This document shows, piece by piece, positions 21,740 through 32,828 of a DNA stretch of 64,000 nucleotides (position 1 is the first letter of the stretch; each line of letters begins with the position of its first letter). The position numbers and the translations under genes are program-made. Source of the DNA: Candidatus Marinacidobacterales bacterium (lineage in GTDB: Bacteria; Acidobacteriota; Vicinamibacteria; Marinacidobacterales; SMYC01); the NCBI GenBank assembly GCA_965237955.1, contig OZ250169.1, positions 5,152,001-5,216,000 on the forward strand, read 5' to 3'. Below the pieces are notes generated by a model, which was given only the letters and a program-made list of their open reading frames with translations, was not told the origin of the DNA and did not search any database.

Positions 21740-23306
21740 ATGAGATCGAAACTTTTGTGGCTTGCGGTGGCAGTCGTCCTCCCGGCTGTCGTTGTTTCCT
21801 CGGAGACCGGTCTGACGGAGCGGGATAGGGCTCGGCTTCTTCTCTCCCGCGCCACGTATGGCGCGCGGCCCGGAGATTTGGAAGCGCTCGTGGCGCAGGG
21901 CACCGAGAGCTGGCTCGACGAGCAGCTTCAGCCCGAGCGGATCAAGGATTCCGTCGTTGATGCCAAGCTCGCGCGCTTCGACAACCTCGAGCTCTCCACC
22001 TCCGAGCTGATGAAAAAGTACCCGCGGCCGACCCGCGAAGAGCGCCAGGCGATGCAAAAGGCGCGAGAGCAGGGATCCCGGATGCCTGGCATGCGAGGGG
22101 CCCCGCACGATTCTTCGCGACCTGTCGCACGCGAAGCTCGTTCGCGCCGTGCACTCGGAGCGCCAGCTTCACGAAGTCATGACCGACTTCTGGTTCAACC
22201 ACTTCAACGTCTACGCGCGTAAGAACCGCAATACCCTGCTCGCGCTACCGTCGTACGAGAGAGACGCGATCCGACCGCATGCGCTCGGAAGCTTCCATGA
22301 CCTACTCCTCGCCACCGCCGAGCATCCGGCGATGCTCTTTTACCTCGACAACTGGATCAACACGAAAGACGGTTTCAACCCTCGCGAGGCGCTCCAGGCC
22401 CAGATACGCGGGATGACGGGCGGGCGCCGTCGTGGACGTCCTGGACAGGGACGAGCTCGGCGAGACGAGGGCGAGTCGCGAACGTTCGGTATCAACGAGA
22501 ACTACGCTCGCGAGCTCATGGAGCTTCACACGCTCGGCGTCGACGGCGGATACGACCAGCAAGACGTCGTCCAAGTGGCGCGAGCGATGACGGGGTGGTC
22601 GGTCGTCGGTCCGCAGGCGGCGAAGATACGAGAGCGTATCGCCAGACGCGCCGGACGGAATCGAGTGCCTGCGGCACTTCGTTCGATTCCCGACGAAGGA
22701 AACTTCTTCTTCAACCAGATGGCGCACGACGAGAGTCCCAAGCCGGTGTTGGGGACGCGTATCGATGAGGGCGGCATCGACGACGGGCTACAGGTGATCC
22801 GGATCTTGAGCCGGCATCCGTCGACGGCGCGATTCGTTTCCACGAAACTCGCCAAGCGTTTCGTTTCGGATACGCCCTCGGACGCTCTCGTGAACGAGAT
22901 GAGCGACACGTTCTCGAGAACCGATGGAGACATTAGCGCCGTGCTGCGCACGATGTTCATGTCACCCCGTTTCGTCGAGGAGGGGAACGCCACTGACAAA
23001 GTCAAAGTCAAAACACCGCTCGAGCTCGTCGCGAGCGCGCTGCGTGCGATCGGTGGAGCCGTCGATGGACCTGCTCCGGCTCACTTCGTCGCCGAGCTCG
23101 GGATGCCGCTCTACTTGTGCCAACCGCCGACGGGCTACGACGAGGACGCGTCCGCATGGTTATCGGCTGGCAGTGTATTGACGCGCATTCGTTTCGCGGG
23201 TGCGCTCGCCTCCGGCAATATCCCTGGGGTACGCCTGCCCGAACCGCGCGAGGATCCGCCGGAGCTGGCGCTCCTGCTCGCAAGCCCCGATTTTCAACGC
23301 CAATGA
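21740..23306 (+). CDS. DUF1800 family protein; frameshift near 22100
   Basis: QLHEVMTDFWFNHF, PAMLFYLDN, NENYARELMELHTLG. Confidence 0.9.
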
Positions 23307-23315
23307 GGATGAGTC

Positions 23316-24572
23316 ATGACTGAGAACGCTATCATCGAAACTATCGGCGAAACTATCGGGCGTCGCAAGTTCCTGCGGCTAGGAAGCTCGACACTCTTTC
23401 TGCTCGGTGGCACCCCGCTTGCGGCACTGGCTCGGCCCGAGCGCCGGCAGCCGGTTCTCGTGGTCGTGTTCCAGCGCGGTGCCGCCGATGCGCTGCACAT
23501 GCTCGTGCCGTACCGAGATCCAAAGTATCGTGAGCTTCGAGGTGCGCTTGCCCTCGAGGAGCCGGGTAGGGGGGAGAACCCGACCCTGGACCTGGGCGGT
23601 GGCTTTGCTTTCCATCCCGCTCTGTCTCCCCTCTACCCTCTCTACAAATCCGGACGCCTCGCCCCCATCATCAATGTCGGCTCGCCCGACGGGACGCGCT
23701 CGCACTTCGACGCACAAGACTACATGGAGTCCGGGACACCCGGATTGAAGTCGACGCGCGATGGCTGGCTCGCGCGTGCGGTCAAAGCACTCGCTCTCGA
23801 AAGTGCGAGCCCCTTCACCGCCGTGGCGCTGACGAGTCAGATGCCGCGCTCGCTCGCCGGCACCCACGACGCGATCGCGCTCGAGGATTTCGGCAAAATC
23901 GCGTTTCCTCGTCGAAGCGACCCACTCACCGAGCGTATCGAGCGTCTGTACCGCGAAGACTCGAGTGCTCTGTTCGGAGATGCTGGAGAGGATGCGTTCC
24001 GCGCGATGCGGCTCATGCGCGATCGTGATCCGCAGTCGCAACCGACGAGCGACGGGGTGCAATACCCGCGCGGTAGAAAATCGAACCCGCTCGCCGAGCT
24101 CGCCAAACTTATCAGGGCCGACCTCGGCGTGCGCGTGGCGTTCGTCGAGAGCGGCGGGTGGGACACGCACTTCGCGCAGGGTGCCGCCACCGGAGCGATG
24201 GCGAATTTGATGGGTGAGCTCGCCGGTAGTGTGGCCGCATTCGTCGAAGATGTTGGTGACGCTGCCGCGGTAACGCTGTTGCTGGTCACCGAGTTCGGGC
24301 GGACGGTGGCGCTCAACGGCGCGGGCGGAACCGATCATGGCCACGGAGGCGCGATGATGGTCGTCGGGCACGGCGTGCGAGGCGGCCGCGTCCATGGCGA
24401 ATGGCTCGGCCTCGAAAAGCGGAATCTCTACGAGGGAAGAGACTTGCCGGTGACGACGGACTTCCGCGACGTCTTCTCCGAAGTCGCGGGTGAGGCTTTG
24501 GGGCTTTTTCCGTCGGCTGCGCTATTCCCGGGCTATCGCCCGCAGTCAGTGGCCGCCATGAGCCGCGGATGA
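23316..24572 (+). CDS. DUF1501 family protein (Tat motif)
   Basis: GRRKFL; FQRGAADAL, RSHFDAQ, GGWDTH, TEFGRT, GTDHGHG; usual partner of DUF1800. Confidence 0.92.
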   Translation: MTENAIIETIGETIGRRKFLRLGSSTLFLLGGTPLAALARPERRQPVLVVVFQRGAADALHMLVPYRDPKYRELRGALALEEPGRGENPTLDLGGGFAFHPALSPLYPLYKSGRLAPIINVGSPDGTRSHFDAQDYMESGTPGLKSTRDGWLARAVKALALESASPFTAVALTSQMPRSLAGTHDAIALEDFGKIAFPRRSDPLTERIERLYREDSSALFGDAGEDAFRAMRLMRDRDPQSQPTSDGVQYPRGRKSNPLAELAKLIRADLGVRVAFVESGGWDTHFAQGAATGAMANLMGELAGSVAAFVEDVGDAAAVTLLLVTEFGRTVALNGAGGTDHGHGGAMMVVGHGVRGGRVHGEWLGLEKRNLYEGRDLPVTTDFRDVFSEVAGEALGLFPSAALFPGYRPQSVAAMSRG

Positions 24573-24935
24573 TTCGTCGAGTCGAGCGGCGAGCTCGGCG
24601 AAACGTTGCAGGTACGCGTCGAGCATATCTTCCGACCCTTTCTCGATGCGGGTGAACTCCAGCCCGACGCCGTTGATTCGAGGGGTTCTCGTATCCGGCG
24701 ATTTTGGATCGTTTCGCCACACCACGCGCGCTCGGGCGCGAAGCTCGCCCAGGTTCCAGGGGAGAGGCGCGCGGATCGAGAGTTCGGTGCCGATTTCAGG
24801 AGGAACGTCCGTCGCTAGAAACGCTCCGCTGGCGCTGATGTTCGTCAGATAGCCCTCCCCAATCTCGCCGTCGACATCGAGGCGGGCCTTGAGGACAAGT
24901 GGGCCGAATCGTGGGTTGGTCCGCTTCTCCGTCAT
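24546..24935 (-). CDS. PilZ domain protein
   Basis: RTNPR and NISASG c-di-GMP motifs. Confidence 0.85.
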   Translation of the reverse strand: MTEKRTNPRFGPLVLKARLDVDGEIGEGYLTNISASGAFLATDVPPEIGTELSIRAPLPWNLGELRARARVVWRNDPKSPDTRTPRINGVGLEFTRIEKGSEDMLDAYLQRFAELAARLDESSAAHGGH

Positions 24936-24938
24936 GGG

Positions 24939-26487
24939 TCAGTATCCCTCCCGCGTGATCTTCGTCAGCTCTTGAGTCAGCGGTCCTTGATTGTCCAGCG
25001 AGAACTGACTTTCGAACGAACGAAGCCTTCGGTGGAGTGACGCGTTTTCCATCGCCATTCCCGCTTGCGCGAGAAAAAGTGCGAGCCCGGACAATTTTCC
25101 GAGCGCCTTTCGGGAGTTGGGGTTGTCGCAGTACAGGATCGAGAGCACTTCGTGATTGTGGAGCAGCGGGAGGAGCATGTACTCGCGCGCTTTTCCGGGA
25201 TCGACCAACGGCGGCAGCGGATTTTTCTCGTGGTTGAGCGCGAGCGGCTCGCGCGAATAGACGACCTCGGCGAAGGATCGCACTTCCTGAAGCTCGAACG
25301 AGATGTCTTGAATTTCTTCGGTGACGTGCCTGGCAGGCCGTCCGAGGTGGAGTGCCGCGAGCCCGCGCGCTTTGGGGCCTTTGACGAGAAATAGAGCGAC
25401 CCGTTCGCAGTACTTCGATCCGACACGGAGGATCATGCGTGCTATTCCATTGGCCGGGCATGTCAGTTGATCGGTCATCGTCTTCAGGAAGTCGAACATC
25501 ACGGCGTGGTTCAGATCGGGCACGGTAGACAATTCCGCCTCCTGCTTCGCGTCTTCCATCAACGCTGCGAGCTCGCGACGTACGACGGTCGCGAACGAGC
25601 GCAAATCCGCGCCGTACTCATCCGCATCCGCATCCAGCTTCGTGAGCGCTGGCTTGAATGTGACTTTGCGAACACCTAGGGAGATCGCGCGCGCGCGCTT
25701 CGGACGAGAGGCTTTCGGTCATCAGAATGGTTGGCGTTTTACCTCTCGACTTCCGCACATGCTCGATCACCTCGATGCCGCCTTCGAACGTATCCCCCCC
25801 CGAGCTTGGCATGGCGACGTCGGTGACGAGAATCATCGGCCGCCTCGACTCCACGATTTTGTCCACGAGCGCGAGAGCGTCCTCGGCGCCCGCCGCGGTT
25901 TCCACGGTGCATCCTGCTCCTTCGAGCTCCTCGCGGACGACGTCGAGCACTTGCGGTTCGTCGTCCACGAGCAGGACGGTCACGTCGCTGTCCGCGAGCG
26001 ACGGTACCGCGATGTTAGTTGGCTCGACTTCTGGCGGCGCGACCGCACCGGAAGATTCGAGAAGTGACGAGCTGTCCTTCCTCTCGTTGTCGATCTCTCG
26101 CGCGAGCTCGAGCATGAGCTCTTGCGGATCGACGCCCTTCGTCAGCAAGAACTTTCTGACGTCCATTCCTTCGAAGTGAGTGGGGGGCTCGGTGCTGATG
26201 ACGAACTCGAAACGTCCTTCGCGCAGACCCACGAGCTCGCGCAACGCGATGCGGATTTCGTCCTCGAGCAGCAAGGCTCGCGACTGGTCGAGCGTCCGAC
26301 CGGCCATCGGGCTCAAGATCGGAGTCGTGGACGACGACAGCGCGCACAACACCAGACCGTCCCGAAACAACACCGCGCCCCGTGCGACGTTGCCTTCGAC
26401 CTTCAACGTCCCTGTCTTCTTGGCGAAGGCAACGATCTGAAGAATCTCCAGGAGGTTGAGATCCTCGAGGCGTCCGTTCAAAGCCAT
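24939..26487 (-). CDS. DUF4388 + receiver + GAF-like signalling protein; frameshift near 25680
   Basis: ALNGRLEDLNLLEILQ (DUF4388); LLVDDE and VTDVAMP receiver; ILYCDN and AMENASL. Confidence 0.85.
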
Positions 26488-26594
26488 GGGATTGCACGCC
26501 CGACGATCCTGTCGGGCTTGGATCCTTCCGTGAGGTGCTGTTAAGCGAAAGCTCAGGTTGTCAAGTGTTTACGGATCTATCGTAACCCTGGTTT

Positions 26595-27209
26595 TCACCA
26601 CAGGCAAGGGATCAGGCGAGAGCGCACTTCCACTTGATAGCGACGATAGGTTTCGGAGCCGGACAAAAGACGCTCCTCTGCGTGAATACGGAGCCCAACG
26701 AACGGCAATGCGGCAACGAGGACCAAGGCAGACCACACCGAAGCGTCGGACAGCGCGCACGCGAAGATCATGACGAGCTCGCCGGCGTACGCCGGATGGC
26801 GCACGAGTCGGTACGGGCCGTGGGAGACGATGCCACGCCGGGCGGGGAGCACGGAGAAGCTCTCGCCCATCGCCAGGAAGGTCCAAATGGCGAGCGCAGC
26901 CCCGACAAGAAACGCCACTTCGAGGAATACCGGCCAGGTTCCCAGAGGCGCGGCCAACCGCAACGCCACTCCGGCGAGCACCAGCGCGGGCAAACTCGAC
27001 ACCAGGGCTCGTGGTGAGCCGAGGCGCTCGAGCGGGGCGCGACGGAAGATCGCGTACGCGACCGTCAGGTGTAGTAGCGAGATCGCCCATCGCGTTGTCG
27101 TCGCCGGGGCGGTCGTCGCCATCAAGCCGAGCGCTGCCCACGAAGCGACAGACACCGCGAGCAAGGTGTCGAATACCCGCTCGAGTGTTGGTCCTTCTGC
27201 CGCAGGCAC
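26595..27209 (-). CDS. Isoprenylcysteine carboxylmethyltransferase/PEMT family membrane protein
   Basis: GPYRLVRHPAYAGE, RIHAEERLL, Y..Y...VRSRLIP. Confidence 0.85.
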   Translation of the reverse strand: MPAAEGPTLERVFDTLLAVSVASWAALGLMATTAPATTTRWAISLLHLTVAYAIFRRAPLERLGSPRALVSSLPALVLAGVALRLAAPLGTWPVFLEVAFLVGAALAIWTFLAMGESFSVLPARRGIVSHGPYRLVRHPAYAGELVMIFACALSDASVWSALVLVAALPFVGLRIHAEERLLSGSETYRRYQVEVRSRLIPCLW

Positions 27210-27240
27210 GGCAGTCGTTTGGGTAGCTATGGGGCCTGGC

Positions 27241-27345
27241 TCAGTAGATCCAGAAAGACCAGCCGAACATCCAGCTCAAGAAATTGACCAGGATGAGCAC
27301 GCCGATCCAAACCAACCAGCCACCAGCGCCGTCTTCATCGCTCAT
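27241..27345 (-). CDS. 34-aa small membrane protein MSDEDGAGGWLVWIGVLILVNFLSWMFGWSFWIY (not in ORF track)
   Basis: Translated by hand; RBS GAGGT upstream; one TM segment; co-oriented with the downstream gene. Confidence 0.65.
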   Translation of the reverse strand: MSDEDGAGGWLVWIGVLILVNFLSWMFGWSFWIY

Positions 27346-27465
27346 GCGTTACCTCTTATTCAGTTGATTTAGGATTGATTGCTGGGCCGGATCGACCGTG
27401 TATTATGCTAGCAACTTTTCGGGTGTTTGACTAGCCGCTCCTCATCAACGGTGGCCGAAAAAGAA

Positions 27466-27551
27466 TAACGCAAAGTCGCGAAGGCGCAAAGTGAAGCGCC
27501 TTCGGCGCTGATTCTCTCTTTGCGTCCTTGCGCCTTGGCGCCTTTGCGTTA
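27466..27551. repeat. Short inverted-repeat element built from cgcaaag/ctttgcg units
   Basis: TAACGCAAAG...GGCGCAAAG arm and CTTTGCG...CTTTGCGTTA arm around an AGCGCC-TTC-GGCGCT hairpin. Confidence 0.7.
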
Positions 27552-27574
27552 AAAAAAAAGGGGGTGAAAAAGCT

Positions 27575-29413
27575 TTATCGTGCCGTTTGCTTGATTGGGA
27601 GGCGAATTTCGAAGGTCGTGCCTTTGTCGAGCGTGCTTTCGACAGTGACCTCGCCGTGGTGTTTCGAGATCACAGCCTGCACATTCGCGAGGCCGACATG
27701 GAGGCGTATCCGCGAGCCCTTCTCGGCGAAGCCGACGTCGAAAAGCGTCGCCAATCCCTCCTCTGGAATGCCACGTCCGGTGTCGCTCGCGGTGATGCGA
27801 ACGTAGCCGTTTTCACGCGTAGTCTTCACCGTGATCGTACCCTCGTCTTCGATGGCTTCTCCCGCGTTCACGAGTAGGGTCATGAGCGCCTGGTTCAGCT
27901 CGGTGGGGTAGCTCTCAATCGCGGGGACATCGCCGAGCTCCCGGACGACGCGGATGCGTTCGCCCCACTGCGGCTCGAGCAGGGACAACGTGCTCTCGAT
28001 GCCCTCGCGAACGTCCGCGAGCTGGAAATCAGCCTGGTCGAGCCGGGTGAAGCTCTTCAAGCTTTCGACGATCTTGCTCAGACGCCGGCCTGCATCGGAT
28101 GCAGCTCGACGGCTCTCCTGCAGATTTTCGATCATCGTCTGCGCCGCCGCGTCCTTTTCGAGATCGGTGGCGAGCCGGCGGAGCCCTCGTTCGAGGACGT
28201 CGGTGGTGCTGAGGATCACGCCCGCCGGGGTATTGATCTCGTGCGCCACGCCCGCGACGAGTTTGCCGAGCGCCGCCATTTTCTCCGACTGGATCAGCCG
28301 CGCTTGCGCTTGCTTCAGTTGCTCGAGGGCCTCCGCTTCGAACTTGATCTGGAGGTTCTTGAGGCGGGTGGCGCTCTCCTCGCCGAGCACTTCCTCTTTG
28401 AGCTTTTGGAACGTGCGCTGGTGCTCGAGTGCCTTCTCGAAATCGCCGCGAGACGCGTGCGCTCGGGCGAGGCCTTCATGGGCGCGGTAGATCTTGGGCT
28501 TGGTCTTGGTTTGCTCTGCGAGCTCCAGAGCTCTCGCGAGCGTCGCTGTGGCTTCTTCGGTGTCGCCCCTCTTGATAAAGAGGGACCCGAGATCGAGCAG
28601 GCTCGTGATCTCGGCGGATTGGTTCCCGAGGGCCCGACGGATCTCGAGTCCTTGGGTCAAGTAGTCTTCCGCTTTGTCGAGCTCTCCCTTGGCGAGGTAG
28701 ACGGTTCCAATATCGTTGAGCGCGCGCGATTCGGCCAGCCCATGGCCGGTTTCACGGCCCAGCTCGAGGCTTTTGAAATGGTGCTCGAGTGCCTTATCCA
28801 ACATGTCAGGGCTGTCAGGCCCTCCCTGTCGCTGGTACACGGTACCGAGCCCGGTGAGCGCTCGACTCACACCCAGCCCATCGTCGTTGCCACGAAACAG
28901 CTCGAGGGCTCGCGTGTGACACTCGATGGATTTGTCCAAGTCGCCAATGCTCTCGTACACACCGCCGAGGGACGTGAGCCCCCAAGCTTACCGGTCGGTG
29001 TCTCCGAGGTCGCAGAAGAGCTGATTGGCGGCGTGCAGGTGCGAAACCGCTAGCTCGTAGTCGCCGAGACTCCAAAAGATGAGCCCGAGCCCCATACGCA
29101 CGTTTCCGACGCCCCGCGGTTCCTCGAGCTCTTCGAAGATCTCGAGAGACTCGAGCGCTTTGCTCATGGCGACGTCATAGCGAGCAACGAAATAGTCTCG
29201 ATAGGCGTCGTTCAAGAGCCCCCACGCGATCCCGTGCGGGTACGAGAGCTCGCGTGCGAGCGAGGTCGCTTCTTTAGCCAGCTCGGCGGTCCGGTGGACG
29301 TTGGTGAAACCAACTTCCCACGCAAGCGCATTGAGCGCGTCGACGCGCTCCCGGGTCGCGGCGGGACCAGCCAAATCGAGCGCGCGCTCGAGATCGGAGA
29401 GGGTGTTGGTCAC
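27575..29413 (-). pseudogene. TPR-sensor histidine kinase interrupted by one in-frame TAA (28988-28990)
   Basis: The two ORFs are in frame; SEKMAALGKLVAGVAHEINTP H-box; HATPase N and G boxes. Confidence 0.88.
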
Positions 29414-29456
29414 GATCTCACTCTAGCGCAAGAGGCGCGGTTATACTTCGTTCTCG

Positions 29457-30623
29457 ATGAAGCGCATCGCGTGGCTGTTAGCGACGATTTCGGCGTTCGG
29501 GCTTGCGCTGACACGGGTATCGACGCTTCCGCCCGCCGCGTTCGACATCGACGCAACCGTACGGCCCGTTGCGAGCCTTGAGGCTGTCCCTTTCTTCGAG
29601 ACGCGGTTCGCGTCCTCAGGTGCCACCCCTTCCGTTCATAGCGCGACCGCGGTAGAGCTCACCGGTGGACGGATTCGCGCGTTCTGGTACGGCGGGAGTC
29701 GCGAAGGCGCGACCGACGTCGCGATCTACACGTCCCTGTTCGACGACGAGCGCGGTCAATGGAGTCGCGAGGTCGTGGTGACTACGCGGGCGGAGACGCA
29801 AGCGGATGTTCGTCGCTACGTCAAAAAGCTCGGAAACCCCGTCGTGTCACGCGACCGCGACAAAAGGCTGTGGTTGTTCTACGTCAGTGTTTCCGTCGGC
29901 GGCTGGTCGGGAAGTGCGATCAACTTCCGGGTCTCCGAAGATGAAGGCGAGAGCTGGAGCGTGGCGAGACGGCTCGTCACGTCGCCGTTTCTCAACATCA
30001 GCACGCTCGTTCGCGGCCCGGCGGTGCTCTACGCGGATGGGACCCAAGGCGTTCCGGTGTATCACGAGTTGCTCGGGAAGTTCGGAGAATACATCCGCCT
30101 GGGTCGCGAAGGTCGCGTGCTCGACAAAGCGCGGATGTCCTCCGGGTACTCGTCTCTCCAACCCGTGGTCGTGCCTCTCGACACCGTGCGAGCGGTCGGA
30201 CTCATGCGTAAGAGCGGAAACAGTCCGGCGCGCGTTCTTTCCGTGGAGACGGGCGACGCTGGCTCGAGCTGGAGCGCGATGACCCCGACACCGCTCGCCA
30301 ATCCAGATGCTTCTATCGCGGCTCTCCGCACCTCCTCCGGTGAGTTACTGGTCGCGTTCAACGACAGCGAGCACGATCGCAGTAACTTGAGTCTCGCTTT
30401 ATCCGAGAACGACGGCGACAGCTGGGAAGTAGTCCACGTCTTCGAGCCTCCCGCGCCGGTGCCCGCGCCGGTGGATGTCCCGTCGCTTCGATTCGCATAC
30501 CCGTGGCTGCTCGAGTCCACCGACGACGAGCTCCACCTCTTGTATACATGGGACCGGGACCGCATCGCGCACGTGAGGTTCAACCGCGCATGGCTTCTTG
30601 GACAATCGGTAATCGGGCGGTGA
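29457..30623 (+). CDS. BNR/Asp-box sialidase-family protein
   Basis: WYGGSREG, SEDEGESW, SENDGDSW Asp-boxes, FAYP. Confidence 0.88.
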   Translation: MKRIAWLLATISAFGLALTRVSTLPPAAFDIDATVRPVASLEAVPFFETRFASSGATPSVHSATAVELTGGRIRAFWYGGSREGATDVAIYTSLFDDERGQWSREVVVTTRAETQADVRRYVKKLGNPVVSRDRDKRLWLFYVSVSVGGWSGSAINFRVSEDEGESWSVARRLVTSPFLNISTLVRGPAVLYADGTQGVPVYHELLGKFGEYIRLGREGRVLDKARMSSGYSSLQPVVVPLDTVRAVGLMRKSGNSPARVLSVETGDAGSSWSAMTPTPLANPDASIAALRTSSGELLVAFNDSEHDRSNLSLALSENDGDSWEVVHVFEPPAPVPAPVDVPSLRFAYPWLLESTDDELHLLYTWDRDRIAHVRFNRAWLLGQSVIGR

Positions 30624-31150
30624 TCGGTCTTTTTGGCGTGACTCTGTTGCTCGTGCGAGCCGGGTTTGCACTCGGCACGGGGCGGCGCGGCGTCTGGTTT
30701 GCGGCCGTTGCCCTCGGGCTCGCGCTGGCACCGCTTGGAGGGCTCACGCTCGCTGGCTACGTCCGCGGGGTCACCGGCGACTTGAGCGTGACGACGCTAG
30801 TCCTCTTGTCGGTGGGCTTTTTGGGCGGTGTCGAGCCGAAAGAGCGGCGTGCGCTTTCCGTGTTCGTTGTTCTCGGAGCCCTCTTCCTCTATCCCATGGC
30901 CCTCGGCTTGGGTTCGTTCGATCCTTACCGGTTGGGCTTCGTGCCTTCGGGGCTCCTCGCGGCTCTCTTCGTCGTCGCCGTGCTCGCCTGGCTCCGTCAG
31001 TTCCACGTTTTGCTTCTCTGTATCCTGGTCGCGGTCTCGAGCCACGCGCTCGAGCTCATGGAGTCTTGGAACCTTTGGGACTACCTCGTTGACCCGTGGC
31101 TCGTAGCGGCGTCGATTTACGATCTTCGCTCGCTTCGCCGAAACTCGTAA
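30620..31150 (+). CDS. Hypothetical integral membrane protein
   Basis: Hydrophobic; GDLSVTT, DPYRLG, ESWNLWDYLVDP; GTGA overlap with the upstream gene. Confidence 0.75.
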   Translation: MIGLFGVTLLLVRAGFALGTGRRGVWFAAVALGLALAPLGGLTLAGYVRGVTGDLSVTTLVLLSVGFLGGVEPKERRALSVFVVLGALFLYPMALGLGSFDPYRLGFVPSGLLAALFVVAVLAWLRQFHVLLLCILVAVSSHALELMESWNLWDYLVDPWLVAASIYDLRSLRRNS

Positions 31151-31226
31151 ACGGATCGCGACAGGGCCCGAACGCAACATTCCTGTAACTGCTTGCGTTG
31201 TCGCGGCTTCGTCGAAGGCAAGCTAC

Positions 31227-31242
31227 TGGCACCTCGATTGCA
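31227..31242 (+). promoter_or_regulatory. Sigma54 -24/-12 promoter upstream of the Crp/Fnr gene
   Basis: TGGCACC-TCGA-TTGCA (GG-N10-GC). Confidence 0.7.
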
Positions 31243-31258
31243 CTGAAATGAAGACGCG

Positions 31259-31978
31259 ATGCAAGCGAGCGCAACATTAGCTGACGAGACGGTCATGCTC
31301 ACGCTTTCGGGACAGATCCTCGCGGCGATGTCCGGGCTCGGCCATACACCGGTTCCGCTTCGAATTGGGCGAGGCGAGCTCATCTGTCTCCAAGACGGCC
31401 GCGGCCGAGGCGTGCACGTGCTGTCATGTGGCCGCATGAAAGTCTTGCGTTTTTCGGACGCGGGCCGAGTGATTCTTCTGGACCTCGTCGAGCCTGGGGA
31501 CGTGTTTGGCGAGCTTTCGTTTCTCTCCGAGGATTCTGGCGCGACGCACGTCGGGGGCGGACCGAGCTACGCGGAAGCTCTCGAGGAAGCCACCGTCTAT
31601 TCGATCCCGCGCATTACCTTCGAGCGTCTGCTACGGACGCATCCCGGATTGGCGCTCGGCATCGCCAGTCTTCTCGGCGATCGGTGCAACAAGCTCGAGC
31701 GTCGTTTGGAAGCTCATGTGTTCCATAAAGTCCCGACGCGGCTCGTCAATCAACTGCTCGAACTAGCCGAGAGCTATGGGGTCGAGCACGAAGGAGGCAC
31801 TCTGCTGTCCATCCCCCTCAGCCAACAAGACCTGGGAAACCTCATCGGGGCGAGTCGCGAGATCGTGAGCCTCACCCTGTCGGATCTGAAAAAGCGCGGT
31901 CTCGTCGGCTCCAAAGGCAGACGTCTCGTCGTGCACAAAGACAGGCTCCGCGAGGAGCTTGCTACAATCACTAGCTGA
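31259..31978 (+). CDS. Crp/Fnr family transcriptional regulator
   Basis: PGDVFGE cNMP fold; LSQQDLGNLIGASREIVS HTH. Confidence 0.92.
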   Translation: MQASATLADETVMLTLSGQILAAMSGLGHTPVPLRIGRGELICLQDGRGRGVHVLSCGRMKVLRFSDAGRVILLDLVEPGDVFGELSFLSEDSGATHVGGGPSYAEALEEATVYSIPRITFERLLRTHPGLALGIASLLGDRCNKLERRLEAHVFHKVPTRLVNQLLELAESYGVEHEGGTLLSIPLSQQDLGNLIGASREIVSLTLSDLKKRGLVGSKGRRLVVHKDRLREELATITS

Positions 31979-32171
31979 ACAGCCGGGGCAAGCCCTGCTT
32001 GGCCCCCGGTGGGCGTGGGGGTAGAAACCTACCTGTAGAGTGACAAAATGTAAGATCTTCCGTTGAGGCACGTTGATGACAGCCGGGCGATTCCGTTGGT
32101 TGCTCTTGCCAATCATCTGTTTCTAAGGTACTTATACGTTAGACTCACACCGTGGTGCCGACGCTCCGAAC

Positions 32172-32187
32172 TGGCACGGGGGTTGCT
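32172..32187 (+). promoter_or_regulatory. Sigma54 promoter of the pilin gene
   Basis: TGGCACG-GGGG-TTGCT, an exact consensus match about 50 nt before the ATG. Confidence 0.88.
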
Positions 32188-32236
32188 CTAGACGAGGGAC
32201 GGAAGAGACAAAACAGTCCTTTTGGGAGGCATTGGA

Positions 32237-32776
32237 ATGAAGAACAACAAAGGTTTCACCCTTATCGAGCTACTGATTGTGGTTGCGATTATCGGCATCA
32301 TCGCCGCGATCGCGATCCCGAGCTTGCTCCGCGCCCGCGTCTCGGCTAACGAGGCCCAGGCGATTGGCGACACCCGTTCGGTGATCTCCGCTGAGCAGAC
32401 GTACGCGTCCGCCAACGGTGGAATGTTCTCGAACTTGGTCAACCTCTGCCGGAACGGCGGCAACTGCGCCGGCATCGGCATCCCGAACTATCCGACCGCC
32501 GCTCCGGAGTTCTGCGGTGGCGACCTCGGCCGCACTTCGCCTTACACGAAGTCCGGCTACTCGCGCCAGTGGACTGCGGGTCAGGCTCCGACGAACGTGT
32601 CGACGAACCTGGATCCGGCCAGCGTGTTGGACTACTGCTACGACTCCTCGCCGGCCAGCCTTGGTCTGACGGGTGCGCGTTCGTTCTCGGGCTCGGGTAC
32701 CGGTGCGCTCTACGTGGATCCCTCGGGTGCACAGATCGCTTGCCCGATTCCCGCTGCTACCGCGTTTCTCGAGTAG
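32237..32776 (+). CDS. pilA: Type IVa major pilin
   Basis: MKNNKG/FTLIELLIVVAIIGIIAAIAIP prepilin motif; RBS GGAGG; own promoter and terminator. Confidence 0.92.
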   Translation: MKNNKGFTLIELLIVVAIIGIIAAIAIPSLLRARVSANEAQAIGDTRSVISAEQTYASANGGMFSNLVNLCRNGGNCAGIGIPNYPTAAPEFCGGDLGRTSPYTKSGYSRQWTAGQAPTNVSTNLDPASVLDYCYDSSPASLGLTGARSFSGSGTGALYVDPSGAQIACPIPAATAFLE

Positions 32777-32797
32777 GTTTGCTTAGGCTCACGCATC

Positions 32798-32828
32798 AAA
32801 GGGGTAGCGCGCAAGCGCTGCCCCTTTT
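32798..32828 (+). terminator. Rho-independent terminator
   Basis: AAAGGGGTAGCGC-GCAA-GCGCTGCCCCTTTT. Confidence 0.85.
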
